The notes beneath the pieces were generated by a model. That model searched no databases, was not told the DNA's origin, and was given only the letters and a program-made list of their open reading frames with translations. Of a stretch of DNA of 64,000 nucleotides, positions 48,140-58,062 are shown piece after piece. This DNA is from an uncultured Anaerolineae bacterium. Its GTDB lineage: Bacteria > Chloroflexota > Anaerolineae > JAADDB01. A program made the translations under genes and the position numbers. The first letter of the stretch is position 1. Each line of letters begins with the position of its first letter. Where the stretch lies: NCBI GenBank assembly GCA_964487375.1, contig CAZAQA010000012.1:26313-90312 (forward strand), read 5' to 3'.

Positions 48140-49882
48140 TCAAACGTGGTCATCGACGGGATCCAATGAGCTAATGCGGAGAGGCAGCACAATGGTGAAT
48201 GTGCTGCCTTGTCCCACCTGGGAATCGACCCAGATCTGCCCCTGGTGTTTCTCGACGGCCTGGCGGGCAATGGTGAGGCCCAGCCCGAGCCCTGGATGCT
48301 GACGGTTCAACGCGTTTTCGACCTGATAGAAGGAATCGAAAATCCTTTCTTGTTCTTCTTGTGGGATTCCCGGCCCTGTATCTTTGATGCTGATATACGC
48401 GTACCGGTCATCTTGCCATAACACTATTTCCACCCGACCGAAGTCAGGACTGAACTTGACGGCGTTATTGGCGATTTGTAAGACTGCCTCTTTCAAATGC
48501 TGCCAATGCCCTTCCACAATCACAGGGACAGCAGGCAAGTCGGTCTCCATAATGACGTTCTTGGACTGAGTCCATGTGTCCAATTCTGCCAGGACGAATT
48601 CGATGATCGTGCGCAGGTCTACTCGAGCACGTTCTGTGGGGGCGAGTCCTTTGGGAGTGTTCACCGCATGACTGATTTCTTCTACAATGGAAGCCATGCG
48701 TTTCGTGCCGTTCAAGATCTCCGTGACCAGCATATGCCATGTCGTCACTTGCTCCGGATCGGCCCCTTGAAAGGCAACATCGTTCAACTCCTCGAGTAAC
48801 ATCTCTGCATAGCCGCGGATGATCGTCAAGGGAGTACGGAGTTCATGGGAGGTCAGGTGCATGAACTTCGTCTTGCGTTCATCCAGTTGTCGCAACTGTT
48901 GCAGAGCCACTTCTCGCTCTGCGGCCAGATGGGCATGAGCGATTAAAGCCGCGGCTTGGCCAGCCAAGGCTTTGAGGGTGTTGAGATCTTGCTCTACAAA
49001 GGTTCCCGATCGCTTGTTGAGGACTTCGATTACGCCAATGATGTCTCGCCGCCAGAAAATGGGAATAGCCATCAGAGAATGTGTGTGAAATCCTGTGTTC
49101 TCATCCACGTGGCGGAAGTGCAGTGGAGACGTGGAGGCGTCCGCAACAATGATCGCACGCCGTTCCTGAAAAGCTCGGCCGGCAATACTGTCCAAAGGGA
49201 CATCCAGATGCCACAACGGCTCGGTGTGCGGCCCTACCGCGGCCCGAAACGTAAGCTTGCCCGTCCGCGGATCCTGCAGTAAGATGGACGCCGCTTCTGT
49301 ATGAGTCAATTCGGTCGCATAGACCAACAGCCGTTGCAGGAGTTCCTGCAGATCGTCTTTTTCGGCCATGTCCCTGGCCGCGGTTAACAGCGTGCGCAGT
49401 TCTTCTGTGACCTGTACGTCCGAGAACACATGTGCTATAATAAGACTATACAACGTCACAATGGAATGCGAGGTCGGCTCCGTCAACGGGGAGGGAGAAC
49501 TCAGGAGAAGAAGTCCTTCTGCCCGTTCTGGGGTGCCAATGACTGTCAATAGGGCATGTGAGGCAGTGGTGGCTATATGGTCGTGAAATGCGGGCGGCAA
49601 GGGGGAAAGCGAATGAGTGGTTGCGGATGCCGGTAAGCATTGCTGCAGGAAAGCGTAACTCTGGCGGGCGTTTGAACGGAGGCGCAAGTCCCCGCCAGTG
49701 AATACGGCCTGGGAGAGATGGACGCACAAAGAAGACGCGGGATCGAGAAGGAGCAACGCTCCGCAAAAAGGTTCATGTCCGGCCATGTGCTCGACTATGA
49801 ACTGGAGCGCTTCATCCGGATGTTCTCGGAAGGTGTCAGTTTGCAAATGAGCCAACAAGGATATCAACGAAGGTGCATCCAT
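48140..49882 (-). CDS. GAF-domain sensor histidine kinase (cytoplasmic)
   Basis: GAF (SLMAIPI...GVIEVLNK), H-box SHELRTPL, NAVKFS, DTGPGI and GLGL. Start uncertain (49882 or 49939). Confidence 0.9.
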   Translation of the reverse strand: MDAPSLISLLAHLQTDTFREHPDEALQFIVEHMAGHEPFCGALLLLDPASSLCVHLSQAVFTGGDLRLRSNARQSYAFLQQCLPASATTHSLSPLPPAFHDHIATTASHALLTVIGTPERAEGLLLLSSPSPLTEPTSHSIVTLYSLIIAHVFSDVQVTEELRTLLTAARDMAEKDDLQELLQRLLVYATELTHTEAASILLQDPRTGKLTFRAAVGPHTEPLWHLDVPLDSIAGRAFQERRAIIVADASTSPLHFRHVDENTGFHTHSLMAIPIFWRRDIIGVIEVLNKRSGTFVEQDLNTLKALAGQAAALIAHAHLAAEREVALQQLRQLDERKTKFMHLTSHELRTPLTIIRGYAEMLLEELNDVAFQGADPEQVTTWHMLVTEILNGTKRMASIVEEISHAVNTPKGLAPTERARVDLRTIIEFVLAELDTWTQSKNVIMETDLPAVPVIVEGHWQHLKEAVLQIANNAVKFSPDFGRVEIVLWQDDRYAYISIKDTGPGIPQEEQERIFDSFYQVENALNRQHPGLGLGLTIARQAVEKHQGQIWVDSQVGQGSTFTIVLPLRISSLDPVDDHV

Positions 49883-50114
49883 ACGCGTTACAAGGGTCGA
49901 CCCAACGGGATCGGAAGCCTCACCATGCTGAGGTCTCATGTGTCGTCCTTTTCGGGTTTCTTGCAGGCGGATCGAGTGAAGAGGAGATCTGACATTATAC
50001 CTGCATTTTACTTTAGCTTATCATGACGATTTCTGGAAAACAATAGGACCTTTGGGGGATATAGAGCCATTCTTATCGGCTCATCCATTTTTCTGACACG
50101 CCTGGAGAACGCAT

Positions 50115-52841
50115 ATGGGCTCAGAAGCAGTTCGGCAAATACCGATTGAAGAGGAGATGCAGCAATCGTACCTGACCTATGCTATGAGTGTGATCGTGGC
50201 GCGAGCCCTGCCGGACGTACGCGACGGGCTCAAGCCTGTCCATCGCCGTATTCTCTATGCAATGTACGACATGGGCCTGACTCCTGCAAAGCCGTACAAG
50301 AAAAGTGCTCGCATCGTCGGCGAGGTTTTGGGCAAATATCACCCTCATGGTGACGCTGCAGTGTACGATGCAATGGTGCGCATGGCCCAGGAGTTCTCCT
50401 TACGTTACCCGCTAGTCGACGGTCAGGGCAACTTTGGGTCCATAGATGGGGATAATGCGGCAGCCATGCGCTATACAGAGGCACGCTTGTCGCCTATCGC
50501 CATCGAGATGCTGCGCGACATTGAGGAAGAAACGGTCGATTTTGTGCCCAATTTTGATGGGACGCTCCAGGAGCCCGCCGTCTTGCCTGGCGCGTTCCCC
50601 AATCTTATCGTGAATGGCGCTTCGGGTATTGCCGTTGGCATGTCCACAAATATCCCGCCTCATAACCTGGCGGAAGTCGTCACCGCGCTTACGTATTTGA
50701 TAGACAATTGGGCCCGTCTGGACGAGGTGACTACGAGCGACATCATGACTTACCTCCCGGGGCCGGATTTTCCAACAGGTGGCCTGATATACCGTTATGC
50801 AGAAGAAAAGGGGGAAACGGTAGACCGGATCGCCCGCTTTTATGCCACCGGGAAGGGGCACTTCGTTGTTCAGGCAAAAGTCCATGTGGAAGAAATGGGC
50901 CGCAACCGGCAACGTTTGGTTGTCACGGAGATTCCCTATCAAACCAGCAAGACGAGACTCATCGAACGCATCGCTGATCTGGTGCGCGACGGGCGTGTGG
51001 AGGGTATCAGCGATGTGCGAGATGAATCCGATCGCACGGGCATGCGGCTGGTTATCGAACTACAGCGGAACGTCGCACCTGAGGATGTGCTCCCCAGCCT
51101 TTACAAATTGACCCCCATGCGACAGACCTTTGGTGCCCAGATGTTGGCCCTGGTCGATGGCGAGCCTCGCGTTCTTCCTCTGAAGCGCCTGTTGACGCTT
51201 TTCATTCAGCATCGTCAGGATGTGATTCGCCGTCGTAGTGAATTCCGCCTGGAAAAAGCTCGCTATCGGGCGCATGTCTTGGAAGGGCTCTTGAAAGCGT
51301 TGGGGGATCTGGACGTCGTGGTGAACATTATTCGACGCTCGCGCACAACAGAGACAGCACGGCAAAACTTGATCAAACGTTTGAAAGTCACCCAGATCCA
51401 GGCTCAGGCTATTCTGGACATGCCACTGAAACGTCTGGCTCAACTAGAAAGGCGAGCCCTTCAAGACGAGTATAAGGAGCTTAGGAAGGCCATCGCCTAT
51501 CTCGAAGACCTGCTGGCACATCCCGCAAAGATGCTCAACGTGATTCGGGAAGAACTTCAAGACATTCGCGAACGGTTCGGGGATGCCCGCCGCACGCAAA
51601 TCGTCGATGTTTCTCGGACAGCCTTGACAGCGCAAGAGTATATGCCCACTCAGCCGGTGGCCATTGTCGTTACACGTGCAAAAGAGGTGATGGTCTTGCC
51701 CTTGAGCAATCGCCGGCGAGGCACTGTCCCAGGGCGAAGGAGAGAGGCACCTCGTGTGGCGGTCACTGCGACTTCTCGAGATATGCTTTATATCTTCAAT
51801 GAGAGCGGCTGGGTAGCGCGCCTTCCTGTACATCAATTGCCCTCGGATCCCGTACCCCTCTCTTCTTTGGTCCAATTGGAAAGCCCCATTGCCGCCCTCC
51901 TGGCCCTTCCGACACGGTCGCAAGGAGGTATGTTGGTTCTGGCGACTGCTGGCGGCCGTGTCAAACGCATCGCGATTGATGATTTGATCGAAGCAGCACA
52001 CAAGCCTGTCCAATGTATGGCTGTAGAGAAGGGAGACCGCCTGGTAGCAGTGCTTCAGGCTCCGGCGCCGGGAGACATTTTGCTCTTTACCCGCAAAGCC
52101 CAGGCCATCCGTTTTGCAGATGAAGAGGTACGCCGTATGGGGCTCTCTGCGGCTGGCGTGTTCGGCATCAAGTTGACCGCGGAAGATTGGGTGGTGCGAG
52201 CTGCCTGGGCGCAAGGAGAGGGCGAGGTGTGGGCTCTGACGACGGCGGGGTATGGCAAACGTATGGACCTCGCTGATTTTCCTCGACAAAAACGGTATGG
52301 AAGCGGTGTTGTCCTCTTGCGCCTTACTCGCCGCCATGGAGAGATTGCTGACGTTCGTCTGGTTCACGGAAAAGAGGAAGTGTTTGCGGTGACAGACAAA
52401 GGATACGTCTCTTACGTGCGGGCCGCTGATATCCCTTCGGGAAAACGGGGGACAGCGCCACGCCCTGTTCTGACTCTGAAATCACAGGATAAAATTGACC
52501 ATATGATTTTGCTGGCCCCGGTAGAGACTGAACAACCGCCTGCGAAGAGCCGGAGGAAGAATCGGCGGGGACGTTTGAACAAGGCCTCGGCGTCTGCCAT
52601 ACCCGGTTCGACGAACAAGAGTACGAGAGCGCGCGAGGAGAAGAAGGAGCGCAAACGATCCCACCCTCAGGAGAAAGAATCCCCTCCTCAATCTCCGAAA
52701 ACCTCAACCGGAAAACAAGCTCGAAAATCGGCTCAGCCAGGTGAAGCCGTTGTTAGGGCCAAGAAGTCGAGGAAAGTGACGTCAAGATCGAGCAGAGCCT
52801 CGGCCAAGAAAAAACGCTCACTACCCAAAAGCGTCTCGTAG
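50115..52841 (+). CDS. parC: Type IIA topoisomerase subunit A, ParC-like (no intact GyrA-box), with basic C-terminal tail
   Basis: [23 protein letters not shown], active-site AAMRYTE and beta-pinwheel blades. QRRGGKG is absent. The parC versus gyrA assignment is an inference. Confidence 0.85.
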   Translation: MGSEAVRQIPIEEEMQQSYLTYAMSVIVARALPDVRDGLKPVHRRILYAMYDMGLTPAKPYKKSARIVGEVLGKYHPHGDAAVYDAMVRMAQEFSLRYPLVDGQGNFGSIDGDNAAAMRYTEARLSPIAIEMLRDIEEETVDFVPNFDGTLQEPAVLPGAFPNLIVNGASGIAVGMSTNIPPHNLAEVVTALTYLIDNWARLDEVTTSDIMTYLPGPDFPTGGLIYRYAEEKGETVDRIARFYATGKGHFVVQAKVHVEEMGRNRQRLVVTEIPYQTSKTRLIERIADLVRDGRVEGISDVRDESDRTGMRLVIELQRNVAPEDVLPSLYKLTPMRQTFGAQMLALVDGEPRVLPLKRLLTLFIQHRQDVIRRRSEFRLEKARYRAHVLEGLLKALGDLDVVVNIIRRSRTTETARQNLIKRLKVTQIQAQAILDMPLKRLAQLERRALQDEYKELRKAIAYLEDLLAHPAKMLNVIREELQDIRERFGDARRTQIVDVSRTALTAQEYMPTQPVAIVVTRAKEVMVLPLSNRRRGTVPGRRREAPRVAVTATSRDMLYIFNESGWVARLPVHQLPSDPVPLSSLVQLESPIAALLALPTRSQGGMLVLATAGGRVKRIAIDDLIEAAHKPVQCMAVEKGDRLVAVLQAPAPGDILLFTRKAQAIRFADEEVRRMGLSAAGVFGIKLTAEDWVVRAAWAQGEGEVWALTTAGYGKRMDLADFPRQKRYGSGVVLLRLTRRHGEIADVRLVHGKEEVFAVTDKGYVSYVRAADIPSGKRGTAPRPVLTLKSQDKIDHMILLAPVETEQPPAKSRRKNRRGRLNKASASAIPGSTNKSTRAREEKKERKRSHPQEKESPPQSPKTSTGKQARKSAQPGEAVVRAKKSRKVTSRSSRASAKKKRSLPKSVS

Positions 52842-52849
52842 GAAGGGTC

Positions 52850-54202
52850 ATGCCCCACGATGCCATGATTCCTCCGTTTCGTCAAGCAGTACGCCTGGCA
52901 CTGAATGACATACGGACTGGCCATGTGACCAGAAAAACTCTGACGGCTTTGGAAGAACGGCGATTTCATCTGTGGCGCGCCGAAGCGGATGCTACTCTGC
53001 TTCGGACACGCGCCGGAAGGATACGACGTCGCACTCTGGCCAATCTGCCGGACATCCTTTCCCAATTGGCCGATCGGGCAGAGGCAAGGGGCGTGAAGGT
53101 ATATTGGGCAGAAGAGGCGGATGAAGTCATCAATCTGTTGCAGACATTGCTAGGTACCACCCTCCAACACTTAGCCCTCGTCTCGGGTCCTCTTATGGAT
53201 GAACTGCGACTCCCAAAACACCTGGCGCATGCTGGTTACTCAGTACATTATGTAGACGCGGCAGGCATTGTGTTAGCAGCGGCAGGTGAGCCACGAACCC
53301 ACTCCGTCTTTCCTCTGGCCCATATGACATCACGCGATATAGCTTTGGTCTTAGAACAAGCCTGGCAACGTTCCGTCAGTGGACGTCCGGCAGAGATAGT
53401 GCGGCAGTTGACTAACCACGCCCGCCAGATTGTGAGTCACGCGGATGCCAGCATTATCACTGCTCGCTTTGGTGTGGCGGAGAGCGGCTCTTTTATTCTA
53501 CTGGATGATGAAGGGACGCGCTTGCTCAGTATTCTCAACCCTCGCCGGATTATCCTCTTGTTGCCCCTGGATCAAGTGGTCTCCACATGGGAAGAACTGG
53601 ACGTTTTGGTAGAGGCCCTTCGCCTTGGCGCCGGGCATGATTCTCCTTGGCCATTTCTTGCAGCTTTACCTGTCGAGGGGTCGTCTGCTGAGTCGGATCA
53701 GCTCCACGTCATCCTTGTGGACAATGGACGCTCTCGCATACTGGCAGGGGAGTATGCGGAATCCTTGATGTGCATCCACTGTGGCGCTTGCGCGTTAGCC
53801 TGTCCGGTCTTTCGGGCCATCGGTGGGCAGGTATATGGGAGTCCTTACAATGGACCTATTGGTGCTGTCGTCTCTCCTCTTCTTTGGTCGGGTGAATATG
53901 CAGTTCTGCCTTTTGCCAGCACACTTTGCGGGATGTGTACCTCAGCGTGTCCGGTGGGAATTGAGATTCCAGCCTTGTTGGCAAAGCTGCGGACTCAATA
54001 CGCTCTTCCCGCGCTTTCGAAACGTAGACTTCACCTCTGGCAATGGTGGACGAGCGGGCCACGCGTGGGCGTCCATCTTCGACGATTCGTTGTACGGAAG
54101 CCTGCAAAGGATTTGCGTTTAGGCCCTATGTGGTGGCCGTGGCCAGCCTCTCGCTCTCTGGTAGAATCCTGGAAGGAGCACGTGAGTCATGGGCAACCGT
54201 GA
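52850..54202 (+). CDS. LutB/LldF-like LUD + 2x[4Fe-4S] protein (divergent)
   Basis: VDNGRS, CIHCGACALACP, YNGPIG and CGMCTSACP. Confidence 0.8.
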   Translation: MPHDAMIPPFRQAVRLALNDIRTGHVTRKTLTALEERRFHLWRAEADATLLRTRAGRIRRRTLANLPDILSQLADRAEARGVKVYWAEEADEVINLLQTLLGTTLQHLALVSGPLMDELRLPKHLAHAGYSVHYVDAAGIVLAAAGEPRTHSVFPLAHMTSRDIALVLEQAWQRSVSGRPAEIVRQLTNHARQIVSHADASIITARFGVAESGSFILLDDEGTRLLSILNPRRIILLLPLDQVVSTWEELDVLVEALRLGAGHDSPWPFLAALPVEGSSAESDQLHVILVDNGRSRILAGEYAESLMCIHCGACALACPVFRAIGGQVYGSPYNGPIGAVVSPLLWSGEYAVLPFASTLCGMCTSACPVGIEIPALLAKLRTQYALPALSKRRLHLWQWWTSGPRVGVHLRRFVVRKPAKDLRLGPMWWPWPASRSLVESWKEHVSHGQP

Positions 54203-54884
54203 ACGTATTCTGGCGCGCTTGCGCAGGACTTCCAGCGCAGCACGTTTCGCGGTGACGGGGGGACCGCCGTCATTTCACTCCCATCGCTCTTCGACACTGC
54301 CAAGAGGGGAACAGAACTCGCCGGATCTCCTCTTGGATCGGCTTCAATCCGCTTGCCGCGGTCGCGATTTTGACCTTTATCAGGTCGATTCTCTGGTGGC
54401 AGCTCGATTGCACCTGGCTACCTGGCTTAAAGAACATGACGCAGCCTTCATTGTGGGATGGGCTCCTGAGCAAGCGGGGGTTCCTGGACTTGCCGAGATG
54501 CTGGACGAGCTCAGAATCCATTGGCAGACGCCAAAGGAACAGAGGAATGCCGGCGACCTAACCGACCTCTCCACCGCTATCGGCCTGGCGAGAGCAGATG
54601 CTGCTCTCGCCGATCGAGGGAGCCTGGTGTTCCGCTCTGGGCCGGGGCGCTCCCTAAGGGAGATTGTGCAAGTGGAACGATTACTGGTGCTATTGTCTTT
54701 TGCAGACCTGTTTCCGTCATGGAACACGTGGATATCGCGATGGCGCGAGGCCTCCATCCCCCTGGCCACGGTCGGTCTTATCCTTACGGGAACGGGAGTC
54801 GCGTCTGGCATCGGCTCAAGCTCAACTCGACTCCCCACCGGGATTGGCCCCTCCAGCGTTCACATCGTGCTCATGAAAGTGTAG
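54189..54884 (+). CDS. LutC/LldG-like LUD-domain protein (divergent)
   Basis: RERILARLR N-terminus, ADAALADRGSLV and IGPSSVHIVL. Overlaps the lutB-like gene. Confidence 0.65.
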   Translation: MGNRERILARLRRTSSAARFAVTGGPPSFHSHRSSTLPRGEQNSPDLLLDRLQSACRGRDFDLYQVDSLVAARLHLATWLKEHDAAFIVGWAPEQAGVPGLAEMLDELRIHWQTPKEQRNAGDLTDLSTAIGLARADAALADRGSLVFRSGPGRSLREIVQVERLLVLLSFADLFPSWNTWISRWREASIPLATVGLILTGTGVASGIGSSSTRLPTGIGPSSVHIVLMKV

Positions 54885-54937
54885 CTGGAAAGCAGGTGAC
54901 GCGCACTGAGACACCAAGAGGAGGTTAAGAGCACTTA

Positions 54938-55660
54938 ATGACGGCGACGGCAGCATTAGTGGTTCTGCTGGCAGCTGTGTTTTTTTCCGCTCTTATGCAG
55001 ACACTGTCTGGTTTCGGTTTTGCCATTCTGGTAATGCCCATAGCTGTCCTTCTGCTAGACATTCGCGTGGCTGCTCCCCTGGTAGCCTTGTTGGCAGCCA
55101 CTTTGAACACAGCCAATGTGATTCGTTATAGGGCTCACGTCGCCTGGAAGGAAGTTGTGTTGCTGGCAGCAGCAGCCTCATTGGGGGTTCCCGTGGGGAT
55201 TGTCGGCCTTTCCCGCCTTCCCGCGAACGTCATGAAAGCCGGCTTGGGCACCGTGCTCGTCTTGTACGGCTCTTATATCCTAGTTCGGCCCCAAAGCGTA
55301 CGCTTGCGCTCTACCCGCTGGGCTCTTCTCGTGGGATTTCTTTCCGGATGTCTGGGAGGGGCATACAATACCTCGGGGCCTCCGGTGATTATCTATGGGA
55401 CCATGAGGCAGTGGTCACGGGAGGGGTTCCGTTCCATCTTACAAGCCTTTTTCCTTCTTGTCGCCGGGCAGGTCATTGTATCCCATTACCTGGCTCATCA
55501 TATTACCCGCACTGTGCAGATGGATTATCTGCTTCTGGCCCCAGTGGCTTTGCTCGGCGGTGTTTTAGGAGCGCGCGTGGACATATTCGTCCCTCAAAGG
55601 GGGTTTCGATTTTTGGTAAACATCCTCATTCTCGCGTTGGGCGTCGCTCTCCTCCTATAG
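54938..55660 (+). CDS. Sulfite exporter TauE/SafE family
   Basis: QTLSGFGFA, GFLSGCLGGAYNTSGPP; about 8 TMs. Confidence 0.88.
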   Translation: MTATAALVVLLAAVFFSALMQTLSGFGFAILVMPIAVLLLDIRVAAPLVALLAATLNTANVIRYRAHVAWKEVVLLAAAASLGVPVGIVGLSRLPANVMKAGLGTVLVLYGSYILVRPQSVRLRSTRWALLVGFLSGCLGGAYNTSGPPVIIYGTMRQWSREGFRSILQAFFLLVAGQVIVSHYLAHHITRTVQMDYLLLAPVALLGGVLGARVDIFVPQRGFRFLVNILILALGVALLL

Positions 55661-55969
55661 AGATGAAACTCGTACTCGGTCAAGAGTCACCTGATAGTAA
55701 AAGCAACCCCACTAAAGGGTCGGGGACTGTTGAATTCATTCGCCTGTACGGCCACGGGGAGATAAAGGCACTGCCTTCGCCTACCCGTCCTTGGAGGTCC
55801 AAGTTCAGGAAAGTCCACGGTTCATCCATCACTCCATGATTGACCAGGTACTAGGACCTCTTGGAACCAGCTCAATTCGTACTGTTGCCCTATGGAGACC
55901 AGGGAGGGTGCGAAACGTGACACTTTTTCCAGTTCCTCGGTCTCCGGGCTTCATCGTCTCACTTCATCC

Positions 55970-56662
55970 TCAATTTTGTGAGATGTATCCCGTCGGCCCC
56001 AGACGTTGCTTTTCCACACGACCTTGTGTCCCGTCGATGAAGTGCAACAGGTGGATTTCCTTCCTGAGCAAAGGTATCTCTTGGGCCAGAATCTCCTCTA
56101 CACCTGGCTGACTGACAAGACGTTGCTTGTCCGAGGGACCGGACTGGATGTGAGTGGCTACAAAAAAGGCCAGGCCAATGGCGTCACGGGGTAACTCTTC
56201 CTCGGACAGGTTAACCCCCGCGACCGAGCGCATCATCTCCGAGTAAGTGAACCACAACTCGCGCACTCTGGCTGCGAGGGCGTCCATCCGAACGGACATC
56301 TGGACTCCCTCCTGGAGGAATTCCACCGATACCTGAGGGTAAGGTTTCAATTGTTCCACGGCCCTTACATGGAATCGTTGGGTCCCCTGAAGAACCACGT
56401 TCATGCTTCCATTCGGATGGCGTTCCATGCGCACAACGCGAGCAAGGGTTCCCGCCATATGAGGGCGCCTCTCTCTCTTGCTACTCTTCCGATAGTTGAC
56501 AAGCACAACGCCCAACTCCTCCCGGGTGTTTAGCACCCTGTCCATCATCTCCAGATGTGCAGGCTGCTGTATCCGTGCAGGCAGCAGCATACCTGGGAAC
56601 AAGACCGTGTGGGCCAAAAGAAGTGGAACGTGTTCTCGAATCTGTACATCTTCGAATGACAT
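55970..56662 (-). CDS. Stand-alone LON peptidase substrate-binding domain protein
   Basis: TVLFPGMLLP, GTLARVV, QGTQRFHV and KQRLV. Confidence 0.8.
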   Translation of the reverse strand: MSFEDVQIREHVPLLLAHTVLFPGMLLPARIQQPAHLEMMDRVLNTREELGVVLVNYRKSSKRERRPHMAGTLARVVRMERHPNGSMNVVLQGTQRFHVRAVEQLKPYPQVSVEFLQEGVQMSVRMDALAARVRELWFTYSEMMRSVAGVNLSEEELPRDAIGLAFFVATHIQSGPSDKQRLVSQPGVEEILAQEIPLLRKEIHLLHFIDGTQGRVEKQRLGPTGYISQN

Positions 56663-56696
56663 ACGTCAACAAACCTCCCTGTTAGATTACTTGCGT

Positions 56697-57755
56697 TCAC
56701 CCTGATGATTCGTTATCCGGCTCTTGCGCTTTCATGAACTCCCTCAGCACTGTAGTCGCGAACGCCCCTTTGGGCAGAGAAAAGGCAAATGTAAGAACGC
56801 CGGCCTCGGGCTGCTCGATTTTCAGATCTGGGAGCCAAAGTCGGCCAAGGCGCCGTGTTCCCTTGACTCTTGCATGCCGGAAATCTTTCAATGTGATGCC
56901 TTCTTCGTCCAGAAGGGTCTGCTCTAAGAGCCCGGCCTCCTTTTCGGCCATCCAGAGTTTGTACCCGTACATGGGCCCCGTGAAATGAATCTCCCCTCGC
57001 CGATATCGCGGTTGTTCCTGTTCTACATCTTCGACGACGAAAAGTCCGCCTGTGTCCGCCTTCTTGGCAATGTCACCGAGCAACAGATGGGTGAACGCCC
57101 CCATCCGGATTCGCCGTGCCAGGTAGCGGTTAAACAAGTTTGCTTGGTAGGCGGAGAGAAGGAACCGTCGCAGCCACTTATCCCGCACTCTTCTCCCCTG
57201 GAGAATCTCCCGGCCACGCATGGCGTTATCGCCTCTCCGACCAAAACGCTGTTCTCCGTAGTAGTTGGGGACACCAACCTGGCGTATGATGTCCGCGATG
57301 GCTCGGGCTCGATCCAGGGCGTTGGGGGCCACATCCACTACCGTGATGCGGAAGTAATTGCCTCTCAGGTGACCCGGTTTGAGCTTGTTACTGTGGCGGC
57401 GGGCCCAATGGACTTTGAGATAGGGTAACGCTTCTTGAATACGCTCTACGGCCTCCTCGGGGGAAATGTGGGGAACAGAGAAGGCCTGTGTAGCGATTGC
57501 GTACCTGTCTTTCATTCCCGCCAGTCCCACATCCTGAGGGCGTAAGCCGAATAAGTGAGCCAGATCTTCCTGCACGTGCTTGCTGGTTAGCCCTCTTTTG
57601 GTAATCCAAAGGATAGTGTGTTCTCCCTCGCCGGAAGGCTCATACGCCGGGATTTCTTTCACTACGAAATGTTCCAGCTTATCTCGCAATCTGCCTTTTA
57701 CACCGGGAAGGGGGGAAGAAATATAAGGCAATGTCTCGTTAGTTGTACTCGGCAC
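56697..57755 (-). CDS. truD: tRNA pseudouridine(13) synthase
   Basis: FVVKEI, AGMKD (catalytic Asp), GNYF, PNYYGEQRFG and FSLPKGAFAT. Confidence 0.95.
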   Translation of the reverse strand: MPSTTNETLPYISSPLPGVKGRLRDKLEHFVVKEIPAYEPSGEGEHTILWITKRGLTSKHVQEDLAHLFGLRPQDVGLAGMKDRYAIATQAFSVPHISPEEAVERIQEALPYLKVHWARRHSNKLKPGHLRGNYFRITVVDVAPNALDRARAIADIIRQVGVPNYYGEQRFGRRGDNAMRGREILQGRRVRDKWLRRFLLSAYQANLFNRYLARRIRMGAFTHLLLGDIAKKADTGGLFVVEDVEQEQPRYRRGEIHFTGPMYGYKLWMAEKEAGLLEQTLLDEEGITLKDFRHARVKGTRRLGRLWLPDLKIEQPEAGVLTFAFSLPKGAFATTVLREFMKAQEPDNESSG

Positions 57756-57960
57756 GATCCTATCCGTCTTCGTCGTCCACCAGATAGCTGAATATCAGCA
57801 ATGCAAACCACCCCTGGTCTTCCAAACTGCATATCAGATGAACCTACATTTTATTGGGATAACGCCGGTTTTGCAATTTTGAAACCACCTCTCTTGGGTA
57901 TGGGTAAGAGGTGACAAACCGACCTTGTCCTTCTCTACAGGGTTTCTCTCCGCCCGTTTC

Positions 57961-58054
57961 GCTCGCCCGAGAGAGCGAGCAAGGGAGGGATCTCGCAGAC
58001 GAGGCAGATGCTCAGATTTCTGTTATTGAGAAGAGACATGCCTCGCCCGCGAGA
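57961..58054 (-). terminator. Two stem-loops directly after the MeTr stop codon
   Basis: Minus-strand arms 58054-58039 and 58006-57991 form a 16-bp stem with two G-U pairs. A second hairpin gctcgc...gcgagc lies at 57961-57980. Confidence 0.45.
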
Positions 58055-58062
58055 GACTCGTT

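Noticed and set aside
51444-52367. 307-aa minus-strand ORF inside parC (and similar long antisense ORFs such as 23067-23681, 42842-43612, 24766-25440)
   Set aside because: They lie fully antisense to well-supported genes and have no recognisable motifs. Such shadows are expected in GC-rich DNA.
55661-55969. RNase P RNA or small gene in the tauE-LON gap (GGAAAGTCC at 55808-55816; 58-aa ORF MKLVLGQES...)
   Set aside because: The motif is not followed by the RNase P core and there is no 3' ACAGAA...GGCTTA segment. The ORF lacks an SD and any family signal.
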